Source: the human T2T-CHM13v2.0 reference genome, Homo sapiens. From it: 64,000 nt of DNA. Positions 45,271 through 60,964 of the stretch are shown here, one piece after another. Position 1 is the stretch's first letter. Each line of letters opens with the position of its first letter. The notes under the pieces are model-generated. The model made no database searches, was not told where the DNA came from, and was given only the letters and a program-made list of their open reading frames with translations. The position numbers were made by a program, and so were the translations under genes. The DNA lies in NCBI RefSeq assembly GCF_009914755.1, contig NC_060928.1. One strand, 5' to 3'.

Positions 45271-46510
45271 CCCTGCAGTGAAAAAAAGAAAAAGAAATGT
45301 ATCCAAGCAGAGACATGAAAGCTAAAATCTTCATACAAAACCAATTTACTAGCATGAGGTAAAGAATTAAGTCATATTCCTTTTAATCTTCAATGAGGTT
45401 ACTTCATTCACATTGTTCTCATAATATAAATATCTTTCTTTTTTACCTGGCAATTTTGCCTCCTGGGAAAACTCTAAATATTGCTGGAGGTTACTCAACC
45501 CAAGAGGTTAAACCTTTGTACTTTCATCTCTAGGAAATAATAAAAAAAGGAATGCTTTCTTTGGAAGTCATGGGTCTCTTACTGCTCTTTCGTTTGGTCT
45601 GCATGGTATTGTTGGTCATACTAACATCAGATGTTATCATCTTTGTTGAGGCTTGTTTAGGTAGAATTATCTCAGGGGAAATTGGTTAGAGGGAAGATGA
45701 AGAACTCAGCTGCTCTCTTTGGAAATGGGTGATGATACCACTGCTTCGAGCCTGGCTGCTGACTCCACCAAGTACTATGGGCTGAGGAGTAGTCAGCAGT
45801 GTAGTTCATCCCAGCCTGCCTCTCTGAGACCACTCAGACAGTGGTCTACTCTCATCATCAAATTGTGTTGTCCACTTAACTGTACATCCTGGAGTAGATC
45901 TGAGGCCTGAAGAATTTCTTATCTGTCTCTATTCTTAAATTCTAATTTTTTTCTTTAATGACATTGCATAGCTTATCATCAGAGATATCCTAAAAAAGCC
46001 ACTAAATAATCTCATTCTGGCATACTTTCCTAATTTTAGCTGCTCATTCTGATCCACAGATACAAATGATGTTCAGATATTTGGAAAACTATCTGCGGTT
46101 ATCGAACATCCTGACTTTATGCTGATCACTCCCTTTTCTGAGATTCATGCATTCAACCCATGTTGACATCTAGTCATGCCTCTCTGTCTGTCTCTGTCCT
46201 TCTCTTTCCAGCACCAGTGTAAATAAGAATCTGAAGCCCATGACCACACATTTGAGATGTGCTCCCTTTTTTGATTGCCCTCACTATATTTATTCCCTTT
46301 CTCTTGGTCAATTTTAATTCTGCAGGGAATATGATGGTTCCCTTCCCAGGTGCTCCCTTTAAGGCTAAATCACGAAATATCCTAAATGCTGGAAATGTTG
46401 CCTTGTCATGTTTTAAAGCTGAGTCTACACTAGCAAAAACAGTAATCTTTAAGTTCTACCTAACTGACCTGGTGTCTGTATTTTTCTGTCTTATATCTGA
46501 AATCAGGTTA

Positions 46511-46842
<332 letters not shown>

Positions 46843-49539
46843 AAGAGGAACCTATGTAGAAAAGCTTTATTAGCTGATGTGCTAATAAAGCAAACAAATA
46901 ACAAACAACAAATCCTGGAACTTTTACCACTATCTACACTCTAGACCCATTACTTTCATCATTCAAGTAAAGATAAGAGTCAGGTAGGCAGCAAGACGGT
47001 TGTGCAGGTGGTGCCCTTCAAAACCCCAAGTAACAAATTTGCTACTCATGACAGTTGGTGATATCAACAAATGGGCACGAGAAGGTAACTGCAGGTCATA
47101 ACTCTACCACAATTCACAGTTGTGAGTTGGAGTGTTCTTGCAAATGCTTTCTAGCAAGTCTATGGCCTGATTGTTGGAACTTGAAATGAATTTTCTCTTA
47201 AAAACTGTACTATAATGGTGATCAGAATTCCTATTCACCAAGGCCAATAAATCTATAATCTATAATTTAACCTAAGTAGAAAAATAATAATGATTTTAAT
47301 TAAGAAACAAATCATCATTTATTTCATTATGGTGCCTGGCTCATGTTTGGTACACAAGAATGGGTAGATAAATTAACAAATGTGCCTACAACATTGCTTC
47401 TGTGGAAACATGTTTAAAATTCTGATTCAGGTCATAGTTACCTTCAAACACTTGTATCCTCTATACATCCTTTCATCTATAGCTCCAATCCCAGCAGCTG
47501 GATCAATATTCTATCCCTTTCTAGACATCAGTGGAAGAAGATATAAGGTATAGAGATTTCCAGCTCCTCAGTCCCTACAGAGGCCTGCAGATAATATGGG
47601 AGAAGCAACCTGATGGAGGGTTATCTGTGATGGCAGTGTCTTGGGAGACAGAGTGGATTGGGAAAGCTGTGGAAGAGGGGCAGGAGCTGTAGCTCTCCAC
47701 AGTGACTACACAGAGCTTCTTCCTGTGGTGTTGTGGGAGGGCAGCTCCTTTAGCTGCAGTATTTCCAATTCATAATCACAGTGATGCCAGCGGAACATGG
47801 CTGCTCCTTGGGGGGCAATGGGAAAATGACCTCAGGTATGCATACTGTCTAAGTGGCATAATATTGTACATCTTCAGAAGGAATGACATTCTCATACTGG
47901 ACCCAGATGAATACTCCAATGGAGCAAGTCTTTGAAGACAGATGTAACTGCAGGTAGAAATTGATCTGGCAGTCAGGATAGAGCATTTAAAACAACTGGC
48001 AACAGAATGTGGCATCAGAGAGGGATGAACAAGGGATTTTCACAGTGTTGACTAGAGATTTAGGACTATGTGATATTAAAATTATACAGAGAAGAGAAGA
48101 GGGAGAGAAGAAACAGACAGCGTTCTTATATTCGATTTGCTGATTAGCAGGTGTCAATCACAGGGGCAGGCAAAGCCCTGGTGTCCCAGATATATAAATA
48201 ATTGACATTAGACAAAGAAATAGAGTGTGCCTACCACACCTTGGGGAAAATACAAGGACTAGGAATATGGTAGAAATCTCTTTGCAGAACTGGGTCAAAA
48301 AATTAGAGTCAGATAAGTTTTATTTTTCCTAAAAAATTAGAGCTCCTTTATTTAATATACAAGATCAAGGTGGGTGCCAGAGACTTCAGAGACTAAATCT
48401 GTTCTTGGGAGCACATTTCAAGTTTGAGAAAACAAAGGTCTGAAGATGCTCAAGCCAGCTAGCTAAACAATCCAGGGAAGGACTGACTGTGTCATGCCAT
48501 CTATAAAGCAGATCGACTTAATTTTCATTTTCTTCTGATTTCATCTCAGTTTCTTATTTTTTTTTTTGATATTAATGTATTTCTGTGCTTCAAACCACTC
48601 TTTAATTTTATGGCCTATAGGCTGCATTTCTTAAGCTCTGTTCACATGTAAATGGGATGTTTTGCTGTCCCTATCTTTTAATCCTGTGTAGGTGTGTCTA
48701 CATTCTATCCTAGTATATGTTGTCTGTCTTTCTGTTTCTGTCTTCGATTTTTAGGCTTTCAAATAGCAGTTCTGTTTATCTTTGCCCAATATCTGATGTA
48801 GCACTTTGCACTGTTAGAGAGAGTGTATTCTAAGTAGAATTTCATATTGGTAAATATGAACTAAAAGACAAAAAGAGTATTTAGCTTGATTCCAAGGGCC
48901 ACCCTGAATAAACCACGAAAATCACCAAAGTCTATTTTGAAATGGCAATTAATAGCACTTATGAAAAACTCTAAAGTGACGATACATAATTCTTTAATAG
49001 AGTTTGGCAATCATATACGGTTTTGGATTTATCAGAGTAGAATTATTGATAAGAGTATATAAAGCATTTTTCTTTGAATTTCATAATAAATTAAGCCTTT
49101 CATGATTAATCTGAAAGGAGAGTAAATCCAAGTTCAGGAATAGAGATGAACTACATCCTGAACATGTTGAAAACTCAAGACACATGCATCTCAATATTCA
49201 TGGTTACTTTGAACAGAAACTGTAAAGAAAACTAAATGGTAAACAATCACAGTCAGTGTATTCTGTAGGTCTCAGGTGTGTCAACAGTTTTCTTATGATA
49301 ATTGAAGGCATTAAATTAAAAATCAAAACCATTTTTAATATGTTTCTGCTGTTGTAAAGATTTGTTGACTATTAATGAAATAAGAAAAAGTCAATTAAAA
49401 ATCAAATATAATAGGTGAATTGGGAAAAAAGTCCTCCTAATCATTTATATTTGATAATATTCTAGTAAATTTACATAATTTACTATATGTCAATCAATTT
49501 TCAAGAAAACAAAAATACAAATTTCATATTTGAACTAAG

Positions 49540-50260
49540 GCAACAATCAATGGATTCAATGCAATCTCAGAATAATCTAGAAAGTGAGGAAACATATGTA
49601 AAGAAGTCATTCTACTTTCTGAAACTCACCATATTATGTATAGAATGGAAGTATACAATTCCACCTATAAATTATTATTGCCAAATTCCAAATCAGAATA
49701 TGATCAAACCTCCAGATCTAACTACCAATTTATCAGAAATATATAAAACAGAATACAAGTTAAGTGTTACCAAAGGGATACAATTAGAAAATTTCATATT
49801 CTGGGAAATTATATAGGACAAATGGCCCGGTTCCTCAGCAAATAAACATTAAGAAAAAAACGTTTAGAGGAGGGAGGTTTAGAAATTATAGGAAAAGTTT
49901 CATTTTAACCAACTGTAGCATATGGATCTTATTTGTATCTTGGTTCTAGTAAACATTCTATAAAAATATTTGAGACCCTCAGGGAATTTGAACACTAATT
50001 GATTACATCATAATATTAAGCATTATTCTTAAGTTAAATATTATCATAGAAATATGGTTATGTTTCAAGATGAATGCTAATTATTTAGAGAGACACACTG
50101 AAATTTTAAAAATAAAATAATTTTCAAAGCAAACCAGAAGTAGCAGGAATTAGCAAGAGCTGTAGGCAAATTAGTCATGCGTTGATAAGGACAGATGGTA
50201 CATGGGTTTATTATCATAGTTTCTACATTTGTATATATTTAAAATTTTCCATATAAAGCA
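49540..50260 (+). mobile_element. Ancient L1MC/ME 3'UTR fragment
   Basis: GATCAAACCTCCAGATCTAACTACCAATTTA..., GATGGTACATGGGTTTATTAT. Confidence 0.55.
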
Positions 50261-51129
50261 ATTGAAAATATAGCAGTCCCAGAAATTATATTTACTAAAT
50301 ATTTATTGCTCAGTATAAAAGCATAATTAATCATTTTCAGATTAACTATATGTATTTATATATGTATATATGTTTATATATATATGTGTGTGTATATATA
50401 ACCAGCTTACTAAACTTACCCTCTAAATCTAATAATTTCTCTATAAATTCATTTTAGGTTTTCCCTTAATAACACCTGTCATGATCTCTGTTTGCAACTG
50501 TCCTCTAAAATAGTGGTGCTAATCATTAAGATTATCATTAAATGCTTGCTTAAGATGGTAATAATAAGAGATTTAACACAATAGGGTTCCTATTTCTAAA
50601 TTTAAGAAAATTATTTTGATAGTCACTCCCCAGTTTTATCCAATTTAGTGCAATTTAACATAATAAGCCAGGTTATGCTTATTCATGAATATGTTGAGTT
50701 TTCCTTTAGGTTAGTACACGTGCTCCTTAAATATTTCATGGAAAATAAAACCTACGTCTTCCCTGTGAGAGGCACTGTCAATGTCAATCACATCTGCTAA
50801 TTCTTGTTTTAGGATATAGGTAAAAATTAACTATGAAATTATATATATGTGTATAATTTATATATATATATAATTACACAAAATAATGTATTTAAAATCA
50901 GTTCGAAAACCACCTGTACAGAATGTGCCTTGATAAAACACAAACACATAACAAAACCAATAAAGACCAATAATTTTGATGAAAAGCTGTAGCCTCAGAA
51001 ATAGATTTGTATCATATGATGCTCACGGAAGTTTCTCTGAGATTTACTTTGGTAATCAATCAACACTGACCTCTGTCAAAAACTTTTCTCCTAATAAATG
51101 TAGGGGAAGAAAAAGAAATTAGTCTTATA

Positions 51130-51385
51130 GTGAGGAAGACTGTATAGTGAACTAATGATACAGAGCAGAGGCTCTGGAGGCAGATGACCTGAGTCTGTTC
51201 TTATTAGTGAGTGAGACAAGCTGCTTAACATCTTAGTGCCTTGGTCACTCCTGTCTAAAATTCAAATGATAATAGTTCATAAACTCAGCAGATTGAATAA
51301 ATGAGTTACTACTACTTATTAAATTACAATAATGCCAGCAAAAAGCAAATGTGCAATAGGTCATTGGCATTATTATTATTAAATA
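51130..51385 (+). mobile_element. MIR
   Basis: AGAGCAGAGGCTCTGGAGGCAGA...CTTAACATCTTAGTGCCTTGG...TAAAATTCAAATGATAATAG. Confidence 0.7.
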
Positions 51386-51859
51386 AGTTATTAGAGTCAT
51401 AAAAATGAAGTTAACTCATAGAAATCTTTAGCTTTAGGTTTTCATTCATATATCAAGAGGAGAATATTAGACATATGTTGCTTATTTCTATTTATGCATT
51501 GATTTAAAAAATAGTCATTAAGTGCCCACTGTGTGCTAAGGATTGTGAGAATAAAATTGTCTCCTGTCCACAAGATGCTTTTGGACATAGAAAGTACTGT
51601 AGACACCTAAGTGTCCCAGGAGGTATGAAAGAAGCATGCAGAGGTTACAGTAGAAGAGCAGAGGAAAGGGTGGGTGGTTTGATCTGAGGAGTGTGACAGA
51701 AAAGCTCAAGGAAAGAGGACAATATTCTAAACTCTCCAGTAGGGTAATTGAAGATTTGTTCACTAGATAGCCAGTACCCAGGAGAGTACAAGACTTCCAG
51801 GCAGCAGGGAAATCTGGCAGAGAGACACAAAGATCTGAAACAGCCTCCGGGCATGATGC

Positions 51860-53060
<1,201 letters not shown>

Positions 53061-53395
53061 GGATGAAGCATGCCCTAGTACCTGCAAGATGATTGATATC
53101 ACTGGAGCATCAGACTCAATGGAGGCACAGTGATAATCTTGAGAAATTATGGCGAATTCCTTCTCTGTTCTTTGCAAGAGATGCCATGTTTGTATTAGAA
53201 AAAAAAAAAAAAACCTTTGAATACTTCCAACAGCAAGACTATCTACATTTTCTTTTCATTTTTCATTTCCAAAAAAAGTAATAATTGGAAAAAATGCTTT
53301 ATTTTTTATTCTACTATTGACATGAGTTCAATAAGAAATATCGTATATTTTAATATTTATTTTCAAATGTTTTCCTTATAAAAAATCAATATTTG

Positions 53396-53722
<327 letters not shown>

Positions 53723-54301
53723 TTATTAGTGATAAACCCCTATAATTATAATTATAATTTTTAAAAATGATAAACCCCTCTATTAATTATATAGGGGTGT
53801 ATTGTTTTGAATAATATTATTTTATTATTTTGAATAATATTGATTTAACCAATAGTCATTAATTGCCTACTACGTGCCAAGAATTGTGCTTTGTGGGTGC
53901 AAGTGTGAATAAAATCATCCCCTGTTCAGGGGTTTATTATTTTGAGTAATAAAATAGGTGGTTTATTAATTTATTATTTTAAGTAATTTACACATGAAAG
54001 ACAACTCTCATTTTTTAAAAAAGATAGTCACTGAAAATCTCAAGATTCTATTTCTTTTTCTCGATAATTGTATGTAAATCTGAGACATACCTGATATATC
54101 AGAATTTCAGACACAGCTGTTTGGAAAAAATATTAATGAAGTGTCTTACTTCGCTAGTTATCAATAATAGAAAAAAGTATAAATTTTGCAACTGCTAAAC
54201 ATTGTTTTGAGTGAAGGAGTATAAATATCATTAACAATTTTATGCAGCTGCTTTCTTTAGTGAATTCTAGCATGAGTTATAGTTTAAAAAACAATGAGGT
54301 G

Positions 54302-54771
<470 letters not shown>

Positions 54772-55389
54772 CTAAAAAGAAGTGAAGTTTTTTATGGTTT
54801 TGTAAATATGAATTTTATCTTCTTTTGTTGAAAAATTAGCCAGTAGTTATAGTTTGTCTGTGACAATTTTTGTTTTGCCTATAGATCAGTTTTAAATTTG
54901 TCATTTATCTCTGCTCAAACATGATTATAAATAATGTAATATAATTTTATAATATTAATAAAACCATATAAAATACTACATTTCTCCAAATGACATTTTG
55001 ATAAGAGTTCTTATGACTTCTCTAGTAGATCTGTGTTCAGAAATAAACTCAAAACTGGTAGGCCTTAATTCTTTCCAGGCTGCCTGTGAATTTAATGCTG
55101 GTTCAATGGGAAATAGATTAAAATTTATGTGGCAATACCATTAGCACTTTTGAGAATACCAGACTGCTTATATTTTAAGAGTGTAGAGCATAACAGAAAT
55201 AAAAGACAGAGAAAGAAAGAAACAAAAATGAGCTTTCATTCCTCTTTCTCCCTTTGAAAACAATTTTAAAGAATCATGTCTTTGATTTACAAATATTCTT
55301 TATATACATTAGATGATAGTACTTTGAGTAATGGAGTGTTATAAACAAATAAGTGGTCATTTTATTAAACTGTGAAGAAACCTAACAGT

Positions 55390-55835
55390 TATCAGTGGAT
55401 GAAGACTGCTATTTCTTTTTACCCATTCTCTTCATTTTCCTCTTTGTAGTGAAACCCTTGAATTTTTGCTGGGCCTATGTTGATCCAATGAGGGGCTATA
55501 TTTTCTCATCTGACTTGTAGGCAGATGTGGCCTTTGTGTGTATGTTTAGGCTGATAATATCAGGAAAAAATGTTGTGAGCAACTTCAATGTGTTATCAGT
55601 TTAAAAACAAAGCTGTTCTCACTGGATTGCTCTTTTCCTTTCCCACTGCTTGAGGAATGGCAAGGCCCAAAGCAACACTGGAAATCTGGTATGAAGATGG
55701 CACAATTGTTCACTCAGAAGGGCCTGCTCAATTTAGACTATTATATTAGAGTGAAATATCTTTCTCTCATATGTGAGTACAGTATTCTGGAATCTCCTTG
55801 TTATAGCAGCTTAACTTATTTTCAACCTAATAGAG
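55390..55835 (+). mobile_element. Old MLT1 (H/I/J-like) LTR
   Basis: ...TGAAGATGGCAC...TTGTTATAGCAGCTTAAC...CTAATA terminus. Confidence 0.5.
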
Positions 55836-55851
55836 TATTCAAATGTTATTA

Positions 55852-56190
<339 letters not shown>

Positions 56191-58279
56191 ACTTTACAAA
56201 TATTTAGTGTACATGGCATAAAATCATACAAATATCTTGAAAGTTGCTGAACTCCCTATTTGCATAATGCTAAAGCTTTGTCTACGTTGCAGGTATGTAA
56301 AAGAAGGCCAGAAATGAAAAGGAAAGAAAAATGAAAATAAGGGGGAAATAAAGAATCTAATTAGAAAGAAAAAAAGAGCTAAAAGATATATAATTTTGAA
56401 ATTTCAGCAATAAGAGAAGATAATATAAAATTGTTATATGACCAGAAATAGTTCAAATAAAACTTATTTTAATAAAAAGTCTTTCATATACACCTAAGAT
56501 CCTTTATCATCTTTTCTGCAATATAAGCAGAAAATTACTCCCGTGTAATTCAGAGGGGGAAAAAACCCACTGTACTTCAACAAATGAGCAAATTTATAGC
56601 TACTGAAGAAACATATGCTGAATGTGCATGAAAGCAGGCAGAAGTCAAGCTGATTTTCAGAAATAAATGCGTATTACTTTGAAAATGTCTTTTTATTTAA
56701 TTGAATATCTGAATACTATTTTATTTTTTTACTGCATGTTTGAAATAGTGATGTGTTCAATTAAACTGACAAGCTTCCATGAGCTCTTCATAGTTTTTCA
56801 AATTTTAAATAAACTTGAAATTATTAATTTCATCTATCAGTAAATAGTTCGAATAAGAAATCCAGAGGAGTTTCAGGCAGTAAGATTCCCATTGGCCAAG
56901 TATTGAACCATTGCCTATTTAAAATGTGACATAAAGATGAGACCTTTAGACTCCATCATCCTCTTCTCCATGTACATTTTCTAATGCTAAAGCCAAATTT
57001 TTAAAAATCCTACTTTCTTTCCTTCATATAACTTTTCATGAATAATGACAAATATCACAGTTCTGAGTTTCTTTTTTATTTTTCTTGCAGAAAACTCATA
57101 AAACAAAACCAGATTGCTTTAAAGAATGCATGATTAGTTTTCAGAAGAGAAGTGAAAAATCTCTAGTTTGGCTACCATAATAATTATTGGCAGCCACTAA
57201 ATTCTATATGCAACATGAGGCGTAAATTAGCTGATCGCCAACATGTGTGTTGCCACAAGGTAACAAATACTAAACTTGCAGGAAAAAAAGAAAAAAGGAA
57301 ATAAATTAATGCATGATGATAAAAAGATAAGATGTTTAGTTATATGTTAATTGGGTTTTGCCAGGTCACTTGTTTTAGCCCTCAGTGACAGTTGTTAACA
57401 TTTTTATGAAAAAGAGCCATTTTATGATATGTCTTCATTTTATTGCTAGGTAAGCTTCTGCATTTTAGCAAGAAAAAAAGAAAATAGCAACAAATGCAAA
57501 TAGGGCTACATTTTTCTGAGAGCAGAAAACTAATGTAAGTCACCCTGTCAACATAGATTCAGAGCCAAAATGGAAAAAAAGAGTAAAATGCCTTATGTGA
57601 TTTGTTCCACTGTCCAATTTTACTGAAGACTCCAGTTCCACAATTAGAAGCTGATGACAGCTAACCATATTTAACTTGAATGTGTAGGTTATTTTAACAA
57701 ATTTGTGGGAAAAAAGCACTGATGGAGATTTTCACATTTCACAGAGTCCAATGCCCAAGTACTAAAGTTTCAGAGTTATTAAAGAAAAACTTGATAGAAA
57801 AAATATAAAACATTGAATAATATCTATCCTTTATACATAAATATAATGTTAACAGCCCACTGTCAATACAGCATACACCACTAAATTTCTTTCAATTGGT
57901 GATGATGGATTTACATTCATAAATTCACAACTCACTTATTCCTCAGTGATCAGCCACACACAAGATGCCTGATGGGAACTGTGGTCATGGAAGAGGAAAA
58001 TGCACGGGAATTCATGAAACCCAATTACATCACTTTACAGTTACTAGTATGGTAAAGAAACCAACTAGAGACTAAAAAGGAGGGAGAAAAAGAGAAGAGA
58101 AAAGAAAAAAAGCATTAATGGAAAAGATCACAAGAAATGAATTTTAACTAATAATCACTGATTTTTCTGTATTTGTAGTTCGTAAATAAATTTTATATTC
58201 ATTTTCTTATTCAAAACTTAATGTTCTTCTCAGCAAGGAGGGTTTATAATCATACTCATAGATATGAAATGATCACAAA

Positions 58280-58880
58280 GAGGAGTGATGTAGTTAAAAG
58301 TCAAATTCAGGAGATAGAATTACCTTGTGGCTAAGACCTAGGCTCTGGTCTAAATTCAAGTCCAAGGTTGACCTTGAAAGAAGCTTTATGACCTTGCTTA
58401 AAGACATTTATGGTCTTTGGACCTAAGTGTCTTTATCTATCAAATAGCATCTGCCTGATGATAATGCTGAGAAAATTACATAACGTAATCACATAAAATG
58501 CCTAGTATTGTGCCTAGCATTAACAAATGTTAATCTTATTTTTACTGTTGGTTTTATTATCATTCCAAATGTTCATGGCTATTTCAGTGCATCCGCTTGA
58601 GATTGTAATCAGGGTATATATATTAAATAATAATATTTTACAAAAAATAATATTAATATAGAATTCTAGATAAATAAAATTCAGCTATAAATATTCTTAT
58701 TCATGGAAGTCAAAGAGGTGGGTTCTAACTCTGGCTTTGCCACTTTTCACTGTGATATTGGGCCCATCAGTTAACTTCATTGAGTCTACATTTCTGCATT
58801 TGTAATGTTGTTTGGTAAAATGTGCTCTGCTGCACTTACTGAGTTACAAGGATCAAATACTAAAGGACATTGGAAACTAG
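58280..58880 (+). mobile_element. Two MIR fragments (~58280-58560 and ~58700-58880)
   Basis: TGGGTTCTAACTCTGGCTTTGCCAC...TGTGATATTGGGC...TTAACTTC...TTTCTGCATTTGTAA. Confidence 0.6.
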
Positions 58881-60964
58881 AAAGCATGGCACATGTGTAA
58901 AGTATTTTTAGTCCTTAGGGAATAATTGCTGGTGAAGTCTAATCTCATTATGAAGCTCCTCTGGCTTCTCCACTATCTGGTATTACCTCGCCAATCTTCA
59001 ACTGAATTGTGACCTAACAACAATTTCAAAAATAGGCAAAAGAAAATGACTTTCACACTTGGCACTTTGTGTTTGCAAACATTTTCCTCTCAAAGTGATG
59101 TTATCAAAATTAGAGTCACCATTAGTTAATCACCAAGCAAAATACTGATGTATCTAATTTACTCTATCATGTTCAATGTGATCATAGCAGTCAAAGTGAG
59201 GAGACAAAATGGAAACTTTTAGCCAGCACATGTGTTTCATTGTATGTTGGGTTATAAAATCCTGATCTCTGATTTTTTAAGTAATTTTTCTTTTGACTTT
59301 TTTCAGCAAAAGTATGTTTGAACATGTGCTAAAGTGTAAAATAATACAGCTTTGGAGGGATTGTGATTAATTCCACCCTGCCTTGTGATTTGTTAGCAAA
59401 TATGTCAACTCCATTTTGATTTGGACCTTTTCAATTTATACGAGCTAAAAAGATATGCTTTGGATTTCTAGTCCCTGCATGAGAAATTAGGGCTTCAATG
59501 AGGGAAAAAGCAACCTTGCTAATAGATTGCGTTTGTTTGGAATATGCACTCAAGAGTAGAGAAGCAACATAAACATAGCATCATTTAATGGATATTTATT
59601 TAACATCATCTCTGTACCACATACTCTTCTAGATATTGTGAATAAAGCAGTGAACAAAACAACAATTGGTTTCCCTATTAGGTTTACATTCTCAATGTAT
59701 TATGCAAGGTAGAGAAAAGACAGAAAAACATATTGTCATGGTTATATATGGACATGACTGAAATCTTTAAACTCACTCTCTGTGTATGAGTTTTCTCAGG
59801 GATGTTTACTAAATGCTGTTTGTAAAAGGTGAATGAAACCACTGGGTTTATTTAAAGATCACTGAAGGAAATATTTCTGTTGATCTCTTAAAGCAGATAA
59901 AACTAAAATGCTTTCAGTAAATTTGGAAGTGTGGAGTACGCCACATGGATGATTCTTAGTCCCTTTATCTTTGGTGAATAGCCATTACTTTAATGTCAGA
60001 ATAAAGTATCCTCAGCTTCCACACCATGTTCTGCAGTCTGCTCTGTGCCTCCAGTCTGTCTCTAAATTCTACTGGCATTCTAGTGTGTGTTGTAGGGGAA
60101 GGGGTCACACTTGATAAAGGTCTCTGAAACTACTGAATTATTGATCCTGATCTTCTACTCACTGTCAATTTACTCTACTCTGGACCACACCCAGAATCTT
60201 TCATTCACACATACCTGCCTTACTCAATTCTGCTTTGCATTTACCCCCAGGATTCCTGACTTAAAAGACAACATTCCTGACACTTTTTCACACAAACTAT
60301 TTTAACTTTATCCAAACCCTTTTTATTTAGGAACCTCCAGGCCCACTCAGGGACATCAATCTTCAGAAATATGAAAATAAATAAATAAATAAATAAATAA
60401 GAGCCAATCAAGGAACCTGCTTCCAGAAAGAGCCAGGATTATTGCTTGTCCTCCTCTAGAAAAAAAATGATGTGTAATATATCCACACATACAGATTCAC
60501 ATACACATGTACATATACATCCACATATACAGACACATACATAGACATATGCATATACTTCTTAGTAGAAAATTAACCATTTTCATCTACTTAGACTATT
60601 ATCTTCATTTGTATACAGTTGCTAGGTCCCAGGACGTAGCTATAAGTTCTTTCTTCACTACTATTTTTCAGTTGATTAAGTGAAGTGATATTAACCTTAG
60701 ATTAATCAACTAAGAAATCAGAAATATACTATGTCAGAGGATTGTTGGGAGAATTAAATGAGCTGATATATATGAAATGTAGATGTTGTATTTATTTGTA
60801 ATCGCTCTTCTCTTGAGGAAGGTAAATTTGTCTTTGAGGATCTCTGAATTCTTACTTCCTTCTACCCTATCTTTGGTCCTGCTCTTCTGGGAACCTGATT
60901 CTTCACTCTAAATTTTGGATGCACTAGGTCCTTTTAGCCCTCCTGCCTTCAATGCTTTCTTTGT

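Noticed and set aside
45540-45960. Relatively GC-richer block as a processed pseudogene
   Set aside because: The frames I translated contain stops and no recognisable protein; no poly-A tail or TSD.
60670-60711. 10-bp inverted repeat AGTTGATTAA/TTAATCAACT
   Set aside because: Short and AT-rich; could be chance or a tiny repair scar, and no function can be supported.
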